From: Eubacteriales bacterium
Lineage (GTDB): Bacteria; Bacillota; Clostridia; Oscillospirales; QAKW01
DNA length: 64,000 bases
NCBI GenBank assembly: GCA_045648705.1
Contig: JAZROO010000108.1
Coordinates: forward strand, 31,887-95,886
Direction of reading: 5' to 3'
Each line of letters opens with the position of its first letter. Position 1 is the first letter of the stretch. The translations under genes were made by a program, and so were the position numbers. Shown here piece after piece: positions 17,048-26,669 of this stretch. A model generated the notes under the pieces. It searched no databases. It was given only the letters and a program-made list of their open reading frames with translations, and was not told the origin of the DNA.

Positions 17048-19668
17048 CATATTCTTTTTATGATTTTAACAAACTCACACACAAGAAACGGAATAAAACT
17101 TAATAAAATTATTAACAACCATTGTATTAAGTTTAATTTGACGATACCAAACACACCGCTCACTCCGGGCACAATCATAACCAACAATATAAGCATAGCC
17201 GAAGTTAAAGCTGCTACATTGATATATTTGTTTCCAAAGATTCCAATCTTGAGCAAAGAATGTTTAGAACGTCTATCGTAAGAGTGAATCACTTGAGAAA
17301 AAGCAAGTATTGCAAAAGCCATAGATTGACCAACAGAAATTAACTGCAGGTCATCAGTTCTTAAATCAAAACCGATGCCAAACAAAAAGCCAACAAATGC
17401 AACAATTGCTATCACAACGCCTTGCCATATAGAATCAAACGACACACTCTTGGTTATCAAACTTTCCCCTTTGCTACGCGGAGGATATGACATCAATGCC
17501 TTTCGTGCCGGCTCCATTCCAAGTGCCAACGCCGGTAAAGTGTTTGTAAACAAGTTAATCCACAGCAAGTGAAGCGGACGTACAGGCAATTGAAGCATAA
17601 ACAACACAGACAAGAAAATCAACAACACAGCACTAAGGCTTCCCGACAGCAAAAAGCTGACGCTTTTCTTTATATTATTGTAAATGCCGCGGCTCGTGCG
17701 AATCGCCTGCATTATCACAGCGAAGCTATCATCAGCGGCAATTATATCAGCAGAATTCTTGGCAGCATCAACACCTGTCTCTGTTGTAGTTAATCCAATA
17801 TCGGCTTTTTCAATTGATGCCGCATCGCTTGCCTTATTTCCCGTAATTAAAACATTATTTCCTTTTCTCTGTAAAGCTTCAACAAGACAAACTCTTTGCT
17901 CAGGTGAAATTCTTGAATAAACATTGCAATGTTCCAGTGCTGTTTCAAACTCTTCGTTTGACATTGCAGCGATTTGCTGACCTGACAAAGCAATGTCTCC
18001 TTCAGAAAAAATACCAAGTTGTTGCGCAAGTGCTTTTGCAGTTACAACGTGATCACCGCTAATCATAATAGTTCTGATACCGGCATTTTTGCAATCACTA
18101 ACCGCATTTGTGGTTGCCGAATGCGGAAGATTGAACAAGCCTATCAATCCAATAAGTGTCAAATCACATTCAATCTCATCAGCAAAAAGTTCCGATGGGA
18201 TCACCCCAACTTCCTTTACGGCAATTGCCAACACTCTTTGACCGCACTGAGCCATTTCATTTTCAACTTTACGTGCATCCTCAACATAAGATTTATTGAT
18301 GCACTTGTCAAAAATCATCTCGGGGCTGCCTTTTACAACCACCAAGTTTTTGCCGTTAATGATTTGAATTGTACTTTTGCATTTACGCTCAGAATCGAAA
18401 GGAATGGTTCCCATTCTCGGATATTGCTTATCAAGGTAAGCTTTATCCATTCCAAACGCTGAAAGTGCTGAAATGATAGCACTCTCCGTAGAATCTCCTA
18501 CACAGTGCGTCTGATCTCCGTTTTTGACAAGGGAAGCATCATTACACATACTGCCATAAAGAATGATCTCAGCAACTTGCTTATAATTTTCCGGAATAAA
18601 ATCCAAACGTGCGCCATGAACATAACAGCACGCAACCGACATTTCATCTTGTGTTAATACGCCTGTTTTATCTACACAAATGATATCAACACTTCCCAAA
18701 GCCTCAACTGTTTCCAGTTTTTTGGAAACAATCCCAGCCTTAATAAGCCGTTGCATACCAAAAGCCAACAAAAGCGCAACCGTTGCCGTCAGTCCCTCCG
18801 GAATAGCCGCAACAGCCAAAGAAACCACCGTTAAAAGCATTTGCGATATCGGTTTTCCCTCAACAACGCCCAAAACAAACAGCAAGGCGCAAATGGCCAA
18901 TATTGCCAAACTTAAAACCCTTCCCATTTGAAGCAGTTGAATCTGCAAAGGCGTTTTAATCTGCTTATCTTGTTTCGATAACCCAAAAATTTTGCCAATT
19001 TGAGTTTCCTTGCCAATGGAAGTAACTACCATCTTAGCGGTACCCGAAACAACAGTTGTGCCGCAGAAAGCCATATTGGTTATATCTTGAATCGGATGAT
19101 TGTCTCCCTCTAAAACGGCAATTGTTTTTTCCGCAGGCAAAGTTGCATCACTTAAAATATTTTCATCTATTCTAAGAGATGAACATTCGATGATTCTGCC
19201 GTCAGCCGGTACCATATCACCTGCTTGCAACAAAACAATGTCCCCAGGCACAAGATCTTCACTGCAAACTGCAACCACTTGCGCTTGACGTATTACCATA
19301 GATTTATGGACATTATATTTTTGAAAAAATCCAAGTGTTTTTTCTACCTTATACGACTGCAACAAACCAACAATACCGTTTAATAAAACAATCAGCACTA
19401 TTGCAATCGCATTTATTAACTCATCATAATTTCGTTGCAGAAATGCAATGATCGCAGAAATCATTGACACTATCAGCAAGATCACAATCATATAATCCTT
19501 AAATTGAGCAAGAAATTGCGAAAATAGCGACGTTTTCTTTGATTTGGCAAATTCGTTCTTTCCGCAAACTGATTGCTTGAGTTCTATTTGCGATAAGGTT
19601 AATCCGTCCGATAAATCGGTATTTAGTTGTTCAGCAGTTTGGCTTGGCGTTAGCTGAAAAAACTTCAT
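17047..19668 (-). CDS. Cation-transporting P-type ATPase, type II (Ca2+-ATPase-like)
   Basis: 873 aa with intact motifs: CVDKTGVLTQ, MISGDH, the GNKASDAASIEKADIG region, and 10-TM topology. Confidence 0.88.
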   Translation of the reverse strand: MKFFQLTPSQTAEQLNTDLSDGLTLSQIELKQSVCGKNEFAKSKKTSLFSQFLAQFKDYMIVILLIVSMISAIIAFLQRNYDELINAIAIVLIVLLNGIVGLLQSYKVEKTLGFFQKYNVHKSMVIRQAQVVAVCSEDLVPGDIVLLQAGDMVPADGRIIECSSLRIDENILSDATLPAEKTIAVLEGDNHPIQDITNMAFCGTTVVSGTAKMVVTSIGKETQIGKIFGLSKQDKQIKTPLQIQLLQMGRVLSLAILAICALLFVLGVVEGKPISQMLLTVVSLAVAAIPEGLTATVALLLAFGMQRLIKAGIVSKKLETVEALGSVDIICVDKTGVLTQDEMSVACCYVHGARLDFIPENYKQVAEIILYGSMCNDASLVKNGDQTHCVGDSTESAIISALSAFGMDKAYLDKQYPRMGTIPFDSERKCKSTIQIINGKNLVVVKGSPEMIFDKCINKSYVEDARKVENEMAQCGQRVLAIAVKEVGVIPSELFADEIECDLTLIGLIGLFNLPHSATTNAVSDCKNAGIRTIMISGDHVVTAKALAQQLGIFSEGDIALSGQQIAAMSNEEFETALEHCNVYSRISPEQRVCLVEALQRKGNNVLITGNKASDAASIEKADIGLTTTETGVDAAKNSADIIAADDSFAVIMQAIRTSRGIYNNIKKSVSFLLSGSLSAVLLIFLSVLFMLQLPVRPLHLLWINLFTNTLPALALGMEPARKALMSYPPRSKGESLITKSVSFDSIWQGVVIAIVAFVGFLFGIGFDLRTDDLQLISVGQSMAFAILAFSQVIHSYDRRSKHSLLKIGIFGNKYINVAALTSAMLILLVMIVPGVSGVFGIVKLNLIQWLLIILLSFIPFLVCEFVKIIKRI

Positions 19669-19676
19669 ACTTCCCC

Positions 19677-20435
19677 CTAAAATATTAAAACATCAAATAA
19701 AATAATTAAAGCAAAAATGATAGGTTGGTGCAATAAATAAATCAACAATGAATGTCTTCCGATAAATTCCATACTCGGAAGGCGAAAACTGTAAAACCAC
19801 TGCGGAAATCTCCCGAGTTTTACCCATCGTCCAATCGCCGTTCCTGCTACAAACATAAAAACATACGGAAAAATCGGATAATAATCTGCCGAATAAAAAT
19901 CACTGGCAGGAAATCCAAAAATCATAAATGCATTGTTAAATCCATCAACAAACGGCACACAGTATACCCAAATGCTCCAAAAAGTAAAAAGCAAAATAGA
20001 AGCAATGCTAAGGACTGCGGTGTTTAATTTGTTCAAAAGTGGTCTAAGTAAGGCATATATCAGCATCGACGCGCCAAACATATGCAACACTCCAAAATAT
20101 ATTTCAAGACCAAAAATTTTAAATGCGGGCAAAATAACTGCCGTCACAAGTGTTATCGCTATAGCAACGCCAAAAACAATAACTCCACGTTTTACAATAT
20201 TATGACTATAATTGGTGCAGATACCGCTTACGAGCAAAAATATACTGACAAAAAGTGTCTGCAATATCTCAAAGAGCACTGAAGAAAAAAACGGGATATC
20301 AATACCTTTAGTTAAATTAAGTAAGACGTAACTATGGTGGATTATCATTCCTATAACGGCAATGCCGCGCAAAGCATCCAAAATGTAAACCCGTTGTTTT
20401 GGATTTGTCACTCTACCCTCTCCAAACTTAAACAT
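19677..20435 (-). CDS. DUF1624 / heparan-alpha-glucosaminide N-acetyltransferase-like membrane protein
   Basis: RVYILDALRGIAVIGMIIHH N-terminal signature and multi-TM topology. The start overlaps the ychF stop by 8 nt; an alternative GTG start lies at 20411. Confidence 0.7.
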   Translation of the reverse strand: MFKFGEGRVTNPKQRVYILDALRGIAVIGMIIHHSYVLLNLTKGIDIPFFSSVLFEILQTLFVSIFLLVSGICTNYSHNIVKRGVIVFGVAIAITLVTAVILPAFKIFGLEIYFGVLHMFGASMLIYALLRPLLNKLNTAVLSIASILLFTFWSIWVYCVPFVDGFNNAFMIFGFPASDFYSADYYPIFPYVFMFVAGTAIGRWVKLGRFPQWFYSFRLPSMEFIGRHSLLIYLLHQPIIFALIILFDVLIF

Positions 20436-21522
20436 TAAATCTAAACAATACTATATCGCCATCGCGCATTACATAATCTTTTCCTTCGCTTCGAATCAAT
20501 CCTTTTTCGCGCGCCGCGCTCATTGTTCCGCATTCCATTAAATCATCATATCCAATAACCTCTGCTCGAATAAAACCCCTCTCAAAGTCAGAGTGAATTT
20601 TACCGGCAGCCTGCGGTGCCTTTGTACCTTTTCTGATGGTCCATGCCTTTGTTTCCATTTCACCACTGGTAATATAACTGATAAGATCAAGCAAGTCATA
20701 GCAAGTTGCGATCAAGCGGTCAAGGCCGCTTTGTTCCAAACCGAGTTCGGATAAAAACATCAGCTTTTCATCCTCAGGCAACTCTGTAATCTCTTCCTCA
20801 ATTTTAGCGCAAATCGGCAGCACCTGTGCATTTTCTTTTTTGGCTCTCTCAGCCACCAAAGCTACCGCTTCATTGGTTTCGATGCCACCTTGAAAATCTT
20901 CCTCGCTCATGTTGGCGGCATAAATAACCGGTTTATTGGTCAGCAAAGAAATTGTTTTTAAAAGTTCTTGCTCTTCTTCGGTAAATTCCATTGTGGAAGC
21001 AAACTTTTCATCCTCCAAGGTTGCTTTAATGGTTTTCAGAAGATCAACCTGTGCAAGAAATTTTTTGTCTCCCTTTGCCAGTTTGGAAACGCGATCAATT
21101 TGTCTGTCGATCATTTCCAAATCGGCTAAGATTAATTCTAAATTAATCGTATCAATATCGCGAATCGGATTAATCGAGCCGTCAACGTGAACAATGTTGT
21201 CATCCTGAAAACATCTGACAACGTGAACAATAGCATCAACTTCACGAATATTGCCAAGAAATTTATTTCCAAGTCCTTCGCCTTTTGATGCGCCCTTTAC
21301 CAAACCTGCGATATCGACAAACTCAATTACTGCAGGAACCGTCTTTTTGGAACTGTTCAGCTCTGTCAAAACATCCAAACGCTTATCAGGAACACATACC
21401 ATTCCAACATTAGGATCAATGGTGCAAAACGGATAGTTTGCCGAGGGTGCACCTGCATTTGTAATTGCATTAAAAAGTGTACTTTTTCCGACATTTGGTA
21501 AGCCTACAATACCTAGTTTCAT
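20428..21522 (-). CDS. ychF: Redox-regulated ribosome-binding ATPase YchF
   Basis: MKLGIVGLPNVGKSTLFNAIT...NYPFCTIDPNVG, and a C-terminal TGS-like domain ending in FRFNV. Confidence 0.95.
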   Translation of the reverse strand: MKLGIVGLPNVGKSTLFNAITNAGAPSANYPFCTIDPNVGMVCVPDKRLDVLTELNSSKKTVPAVIEFVDIAGLVKGASKGEGLGNKFLGNIREVDAIVHVVRCFQDDNIVHVDGSINPIRDIDTINLELILADLEMIDRQIDRVSKLAKGDKKFLAQVDLLKTIKATLEDEKFASTMEFTEEEQELLKTISLLTNKPVIYAANMSEEDFQGGIETNEAVALVAERAKKENAQVLPICAKIEEEITELPEDEKLMFLSELGLEQSGLDRLIATCYDLLDLISYITSGEMETKAWTIRKGTKAPQAAGKIHSDFERGFIRAEVIGYDDLMECGTMSAAREKGLIRSEGKDYVMRDGDIVLFRFNV

Positions 21523-21649
21523 TTATTTATATCTCCTTAATTTATATGCTGAATATAAAAATATATTATATATACACTCTATTATGACATAGTTTTAATT
21601 CAAAATCAAGAGTCGTTATTTTTTGCACAGTATCATTTTTAAAATTTTT

Positions 21650-21694
21650 TAACAAAAGAAAGGTAGGAGCCTCTTTACGAAGCTTCTACCCTTC
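21650..21694 (-). terminator. Probable intrinsic terminator after the CofE-like gene
   Basis: Imperfect hairpin GAAGGGTAGAAGC / loop / GCTCCTACCTTTC followed by TTTTGTT on the minus strand. Confidence 0.5.
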
Positions 21695-21713
21695 ACTGTT
21701 TAACGTTTAAAAT

Positions 21714-22904
21714 TTAGTCGGTCAGATTGTCAAAATAGCCTTGTACCAGAACGATGGGAGTACCTTTGTCACCGGAACCGCTTGTGAGATCGCAAAGAGA
21801 ACCAATCAGATCTGTCAAACGACGCGGTGTAGTACCTTGGGATGCCATATTGCCAACCAAATCATTACCCTTTTGACGAATGGCACCTTCAATTGCTTTC
21901 TTTAATTCCTCACCACTCAAATCGGCAAAATCATTGTCAGCCAAATATTTCAATTTGAGTTCGTTGGGAGTACCCTCCAGACCTTTGGTATATGCAGGTG
22001 AAACAATCGGGTCAGCAAGTTCCCAAATTTTTCCAACAGGATCTTTAAAAGCACCGTCGCCATAAACCATAACTTCAATATGCTTACCTGTTTTAGCCAA
22101 AAACTGAGCCTGAATCTCATCCACTAAATCAAAGCATTCCTGCGGGAAAAGTTTTACTGTATCTTCAGTAGATTTATTTGAACCAAGCAGACCATACTGC
22201 GCATTAAATCCGCTACCGTTAATGGATTCATTCAAAATATCATCAAGACCTGCCACCTTCTCAGCGCCTGCGTCACGAAGAATACGCTTGGTACGTGCAC
22301 GAGAATGAATATCACAGTTGAGAACGTTTTTGGTATAGCGCAAGATCACACGAGGATCGTTTGCCAACACAATCTCAGCCTCTGCTCCGCAAGAACGAAT
22401 CAAATCTCCGTAATACTGAACATAGTCAACGCCGGTAAACGGATGGGGATTTTGGCCAAACAACTCACGATATTTTGCTTCACTTAAAACGTCAGAATAA
22501 GGATTGATACCAGCCTCATCCAATTGATCCAAAGAAACCAAAGCATTGCCTACTTCATCACTCGGATAATTGAGCATCAAAACAATCTTTTTTGCCGCCT
22601 TTGCAATACCGCGCAGGCAAATAGCAAAGCGGTTACGGCTCAAAATCGGGAAAATAACGCCAATAGTATCACTACCAAGTTTAGCAGAAACATCAGCAGC
22701 AATAGCATCAACCGATGCATAGTTACCTTGAGCACGTGCAACAACTGACTCGGTCACTGCAACAACATCGCGGTCACGAAGGGCAAATCCTTCCACCTCA
22801 GCAGCCTCAATCACGCTGTTTACAACAATGGCGGACATATCGTCGCCTTCACGGATAATCGGACAACGAATGCCCCTTGAAATTGTACCCGTTCTTCTTT
22901 CCAT
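21714..22904 (-). CDS. F420-0:gamma-glutamyl ligase (CofE)-fold family protein, long form
   Basis: 396 aa. VAVTESVVARAQG near the N-terminus and the NAQYGLLGSN...VMVYGDGAF...ELADP blocks resemble the CofE/FbiB ligase domain. Confidence 0.6.
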   Translation of the reverse strand: MERRTGTISRGIRCPIIREGDDMSAIVVNSVIEAAEVEGFALRDRDVVAVTESVVARAQGNYASVDAIAADVSAKLGSDTIGVIFPILSRNRFAICLRGIAKAAKKIVLMLNYPSDEVGNALVSLDQLDEAGINPYSDVLSEAKYRELFGQNPHPFTGVDYVQYYGDLIRSCGAEAEIVLANDPRVILRYTKNVLNCDIHSRARTKRILRDAGAEKVAGLDDILNESINGSGFNAQYGLLGSNKSTEDTVKLFPQECFDLVDEIQAQFLAKTGKHIEVMVYGDGAFKDPVGKIWELADPIVSPAYTKGLEGTPNELKLKYLADNDFADLSGEELKKAIEGAIRQKGNDLVGNMASQGTTPRRLTDLIGSLCDLTSGSGDKGTPIVLVQGYFDNLTD

Positions 22905-23009
22905 AACAAATTCCTCCCGCTTCTTGACTTTTTTTACAATATCATTATAATACTCTTATGAGCATTAGTAAAATAGATAAAACTTACAACAGTTATAAGG
23001 AGTTCTTAT

Positions 23010-23897
23010 ATGAAAACCAAATTAGATTACTACCGCATTTTTTTCGAGACGGCGCAACACTCCTCATTTTCCACTGCCGCTCAGCATCTATATATTTCCC
23101 AGTCGGCCATCTCTCAATGCATTCATCAGCTTGAGCAAGATTTAAATGCGCAATTGTTTGTGCGCTCACGTCGTGGCATCACGCTGACTGAAGAAGGAAA
23201 ACTACTGTTTCAACAAGTTGAAAGTGCGATGAACTCCATTGAGCAAGGAGAAATCATTTTAGAGCGTTTGCAGCACTTGGAAAGCGGATCTCTCGTCATC
23301 GCCGCCGGTGACACTATTACAAGTCATTACCTACTTCCTTATCTTGAACAGTTTCACCGCTCTTATCCAAACATTCGCTTGGAAATGGCTAACTCCTATT
23401 CCTATGATATGTTAGAACGTGTAAAAAGCGGCAGTGCAGAACTTGCTTTTGTCAACCTCCCCATTGAAGACGATGAACTTTGTATCGAAACGTGTACAGA
23501 AATTCACGACATCTTTGTCTGTGGTTCGGAATACAAGACAAAGTCTGACTACACTTGGAGCGAAATCGCCAATGAACCGCTTATCCTCTTGGAAGAAAAT
23601 TCCGCGTCACGCCGCAATCTCAACAAAAGCTTTGAAAAGCGCGGCATTAAGTTGAATCCGCAAATCGAAATTGCAGCCCACGATTTACTTATCCGCTTTG
23701 CTTCAATTCATTTAGGCGTTTCCTGTGTAATCGAAGAATTTTCCAAAGAAAGTTTGAAACAAGGCATCATCCGACCGCTAAAACTTTCCCCTCCGCTTCC
23801 AACGCGCCACATTGGTTGCGCTTATATGCAACAACACCCTCTTTCCCCTGCCGCACAAGCGTTTTTAAAATTGGTAAAAAGCTCAAAATTATCCTAA
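23010..23897 (+). CDS. LysR-family transcriptional regulator
   Basis: N-terminal helix-turn-helix (FSTAAQHLYISQSAISQCIHQLEQDLNAQLFVR) and a LysR substrate-binding domain. Divergent from the CofE-like gene. Confidence 0.92.
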   Translation: MKTKLDYYRIFFETAQHSSFSTAAQHLYISQSAISQCIHQLEQDLNAQLFVRSRRGITLTEEGKLLFQQVESAMNSIEQGEIILERLQHLESGSLVIAAGDTITSHYLLPYLEQFHRSYPNIRLEMANSYSYDMLERVKSGSAELAFVNLPIEDDELCIETCTEIHDIFVCGSEYKTKSDYTWSEIANEPLILLEENSASRRNLNKSFEKRGIKLNPQIEIAAHDLLIRFASIHLGVSCVIEEFSKESLKQGIIRPLKLSPPLPTRHIGCAYMQQHPLSPAAQAFLKLVKSSKLS

Positions 23898-23902
23898 AAG
23901 CA

Positions 23903-23934
23903 AAAAGGTGTGCAGAAGTTTCTGCACACCTTTT
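23903..23934. terminator. Bidirectional intrinsic terminator
   Basis: AAAAGGTGTGCAGA / AGTT / TCTGCACACCTTTT lies between convergent genes. Confidence 0.85.
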
Positions 23935-23942
23935 AATTATGT

Positions 23943-25034
23943 TTAATTATTAATTTCCGTTCCGCCCCATTCAACAACGGTAAATCCGCTCCGCTTGGGC
24001 GCCGAAAGTTCTTGCTCGGGAAGATTTACATATTCATCAGTTTTGTACCAAGCCATAAATACGCGAATCAACGTATCGGGAGCAGGGTCTACGTCAAGCT
24101 TTGCCGCCTCGGTGTAAATATCTGTCTGGAATGAAATGATATTATATGGATTTTGTTCCATAAGCGGCAACCAATACACGATAAATTCATTGGCTTCACG
24201 ACGAGTAAGTCCAAGTTTTTCAAGCGCTTGTTCAAGGAATTTCGCCGTATCTTCACCACTAACGCAAAATCCCTTGGTCATATCATACTTTGCGTAGGTC
24301 TCACCCTCCCAGTAGAGATAGTTATAAGTTTGATTCTTGGCGTCTATGAGGGTACCATCCGGCAAAGCAGTTACTTTCCATCCATCGTTATATTTAGGAT
24401 ACGTGCAGATTAATCCGCCATCAAGCGTCAGTTTGACTGAAACATCTGTTTTCTTTTCGGGATACAGATAAATAACAGGTTTATAAGCCACATCCGGTTC
24501 GGGCACATATGTATTAATATCAATATCAATTAAATCGGCTTCATGTTTCAAAGTATTTTTGTCAAGATATGCATTTTCATATGTGCAAACAACTTGGTCG
24601 CCCACACACCACTTTTTTGAAAGTGTTCCGTTAAACTTGAATTGATAGTCTTTAGACATTGGATTAAATAAGTCCTCGGCGAAAAAACAATTTGAGTATA
24701 TTTTTGTGATAACAAAATGTGAAAAATATCCATCCTTGAATTTGTTTGCTTCAATCTTTTCCACCCATGGTTCGGTGTACTCACGATAACGTGTGTCATT
24801 CAATAATTGAGCCCATGCATTCTCAGTGGTTATGTTACGCTTACGTCCAAAGAAAACCTGTGTTTCATTATACACACCATTTTCATGTACTTTATTCCAA
24901 TCAATAATTTTATAGGTAAGAGCGATATACTCTCTCGTACCGCCATCATCCAAGGATTTCTGCGGTATCGGAAGGAATAAAACAAGCAGTACCGCGACAA
25001 CAACAGCTATTGGTACCCAGATTTTCTTTTTCAT
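23943..25034 (-). CDS. Membrane-anchored extracytoplasmic protein of unknown function (third gene of the ECF sigma operon)
   Basis: Start ATG 25034 behind AGGAGGG (the track start is a TTG 6 nt upstream). One N-terminal TM helix. No motif I can name. Confidence 0.7.
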   Translation of the reverse strand: MKKKIWVPIAVVVAVLLVLFLPIPQKSLDDGGTREYIALTYKIIDWNKVHENGVYNETQVFFGRKRNITTENAWAQLLNDTRYREYTEPWVEKIEANKFKDGYFSHFVITKIYSNCFFAEDLFNPMSKDYQFKFNGTLSKKWCVGDQVVCTYENAYLDKNTLKHEADLIDIDINTYVPEPDVAYKPVIYLYPEKKTDVSVKLTLDGGLICTYPKYNDGWKVTALPDGTLIDAKNQTYNYLYWEGETYAKYDMTKGFCVSGEDTAKFLEQALEKLGLTRREANEFIVYWLPLMEQNPYNIISFQTDIYTEAAKLDVDPAPDTLIRVFMAWYKTDEYVNLPEQELSAPKRSGFTVVEWGGTEINN

Positions 25035-25045
25035 TTTCAACCCTC

Positions 25046-25822
25046 CTATTTTATATTTTGTTTAGCGTCCGGAATGTAAAATTTTAATATTTCAATATGC
25101 TCACTTGTCAGTATAGCCTGACCTTTTTCACATCGGGCATATTTCGCAGAAATGCTAATGCCGTATTCAGCACCCTGTGTGCTTTTAATTCGATATTCGG
25201 GCACGCACTTGGTAACTTTGTTTTCATCATACTCAAGATTTTCAAGCACATCCAAAACTGCTACAGAATCAACATAAGAAAGCGCATAGCTCGTATTATC
25301 ATTAAAATATATGGTAACAGTCATAAATTGGTTTTGACCGTTTGGTGTCCCTTCGGGTGACGTAGTGGGTCTACTATCCTGTGCGGTGGCCCCATTTGCT
25401 TGAGGTTGAATGCTGTCACCGGGAACGTCCGGATCAGCAATATCATTAGGTGCTCCATTTTGCATATATTCATCCGAAAAATCTTCCGGCACATATTCTG
25501 TACCATCCTGATTTGAATTATTTAAAAAAGGATTTTCCTTGCTTGGAATCCCTAAAGCCGCATCATCGTAAGCTGAATCATCCTTTATAGAACCTGCATA
25601 TGTGGGATAATCTTGCGTTTGCTCGTTTTGTGCCATACCATCCAACCCAAAATCCAAAGGGTCGGATCCGCGGCCACTTTGCAGAAATGAAGCTACCACA
25701 CAAACACATATACAAAGTGAAGCCGTACACGAAAAGAAATAAATACGCTTTCTTCTTCGTGCTTTGATTCTAATTTCACTGCGACGAAAAACTTCCGCCT
25801 TTCTTTCTTCAAAATTTCTCAT
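25046..25822 (-). CDS. Putative anti-sigma factor (single-pass membrane protein)
   Basis: ATGA overlap with the sigma gene. Short basic cytoplasmic N-terminus, one TM helix (YFFSCTASLCICVCVVASFL), an acidic/Pro-rich linker and a small C-terminal domain. The role is inferred from position and topology only. Confidence 0.5.
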   Translation of the reverse strand: MRNFEERKAEVFRRSEIRIKARRRKRIYFFSCTASLCICVCVVASFLQSGRGSDPLDFGLDGMAQNEQTQDYPTYAGSIKDDSAYDDAALGIPSKENPFLNNSNQDGTEYVPEDFSDEYMQNGAPNDIADPDVPGDSIQPQANGATAQDSRPTTSPEGTPNGQNQFMTVTIYFNDNTSYALSYVDSVAVLDVLENLEYDENKVTKCVPEYRIKSTQGAEYGISISAKYARCEKGQAILTSEHIEILKFYIPDAKQNIK

Positions 25823-26370
25823 AATACCAATTCACCATCCTTTTCAAGAATGATGCGAAGCTCCTTTTTAGCGCGATATAACAAATTATCAATTTGTTTA
25901 GTAGTTTTCTTTAAAACTTTAGCCGCCTGTGCATAAGATAAATCTTCAAAATAAATCAAGTGCACAACCGCACGCATATCCTCGGAAAGAGAAGAAAGAG
26001 CATCATTTAAAATTTGCTTTCTTTCATCTAAAATAACAATCTCTTCCGGCGACTTTTGCTCTGTTGATACATTGTTTGCTTCTGTAAGTTCAACAAAATC
26101 TATTACTTTTACGTGCTTTATGTAGTTCAGGGCGCGGCTTCTGCCCAACATGAACAAATAAGTTTTTAATGTTACCTTGAAATTATAGCGATGCCTATTG
26201 ACCACAAGATCAGAAAAAGTGTCTATGGCAATATCTTCGGCCGCATGAATATCGTGCACATAACGATTAATGAAAAACACAAGATTATCAAACAATTCTC
26301 TCATGATTTCATCAAAGGCACTCTCATCACCATCAAGGAAACGGCGGTAGCTACTTGCACCGTTATCCAT
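25819..26370 (-). CDS. ECF-type sigma-70 family RNA polymerase sigma factor
   Basis: Start MDNGASSY (ATG 26370) behind GGGAGG. Region 2 (FLDGDESAFDEIMRELFDNL...AEDIAIDTF) and region 4 helix-turn-helix (LSYAQAAKVLKKTTKQIDNLLYRAKKEL). Confidence 0.88.
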   Translation of the reverse strand: MDNGASSYRRFLDGDESAFDEIMRELFDNLVFFINRYVHDIHAAEDIAIDTFSDLVVNRHRYNFKVTLKTYLFMLGRSRALNYIKHVKVIDFVELTEANNVSTEQKSPEEIVILDERKQILNDALSSLSEDMRAVVHLIYFEDLSYAQAAKVLKKTTKQIDNLLYRAKKELRIILEKDGELVL

Positions 26371-26669
26371 AGGATTTCCTCCCATCTTTTAGATTCACGT
26401 CTGAATCATTTCACTTATTATACAACTAAAAACATAAAATTCCTTATTAAATATTAAAAAACTTTGTATAAACATATTTTAACATTAAATTATCAAATTT
26501 GCCAACAAATTTGTTTTAAAGAAAATATAAAATCCACCTACCGTCAAAGATGACCCCAAAATCTCTTATTTTATGAAAAAGTTGCTCCGATTTTCTTTAA
26601 TTATCTGTATCGATATGCTATAATAAAATAAAACAGTTAGATCCACGAAAATTTAATGGAGGTGTCTGT

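Noticed and set aside
26386-26669. The 284-bp AT-rich intergenic region between the ECF sigma gene and the methyltransferase gene. I scanned it for small ORFs, an ECF-type autoregulated promoter (GAAAT...CGT...CTAA near 26390-26420) and ncRNA structure.
   Set aside because: Only a 16-codon ORF without an RBS is present. The ECF-like motif spacing is not convincing, and a sigma-A-like TGTATAAT is also present. No stable conserved-looking structure is evident by eye.
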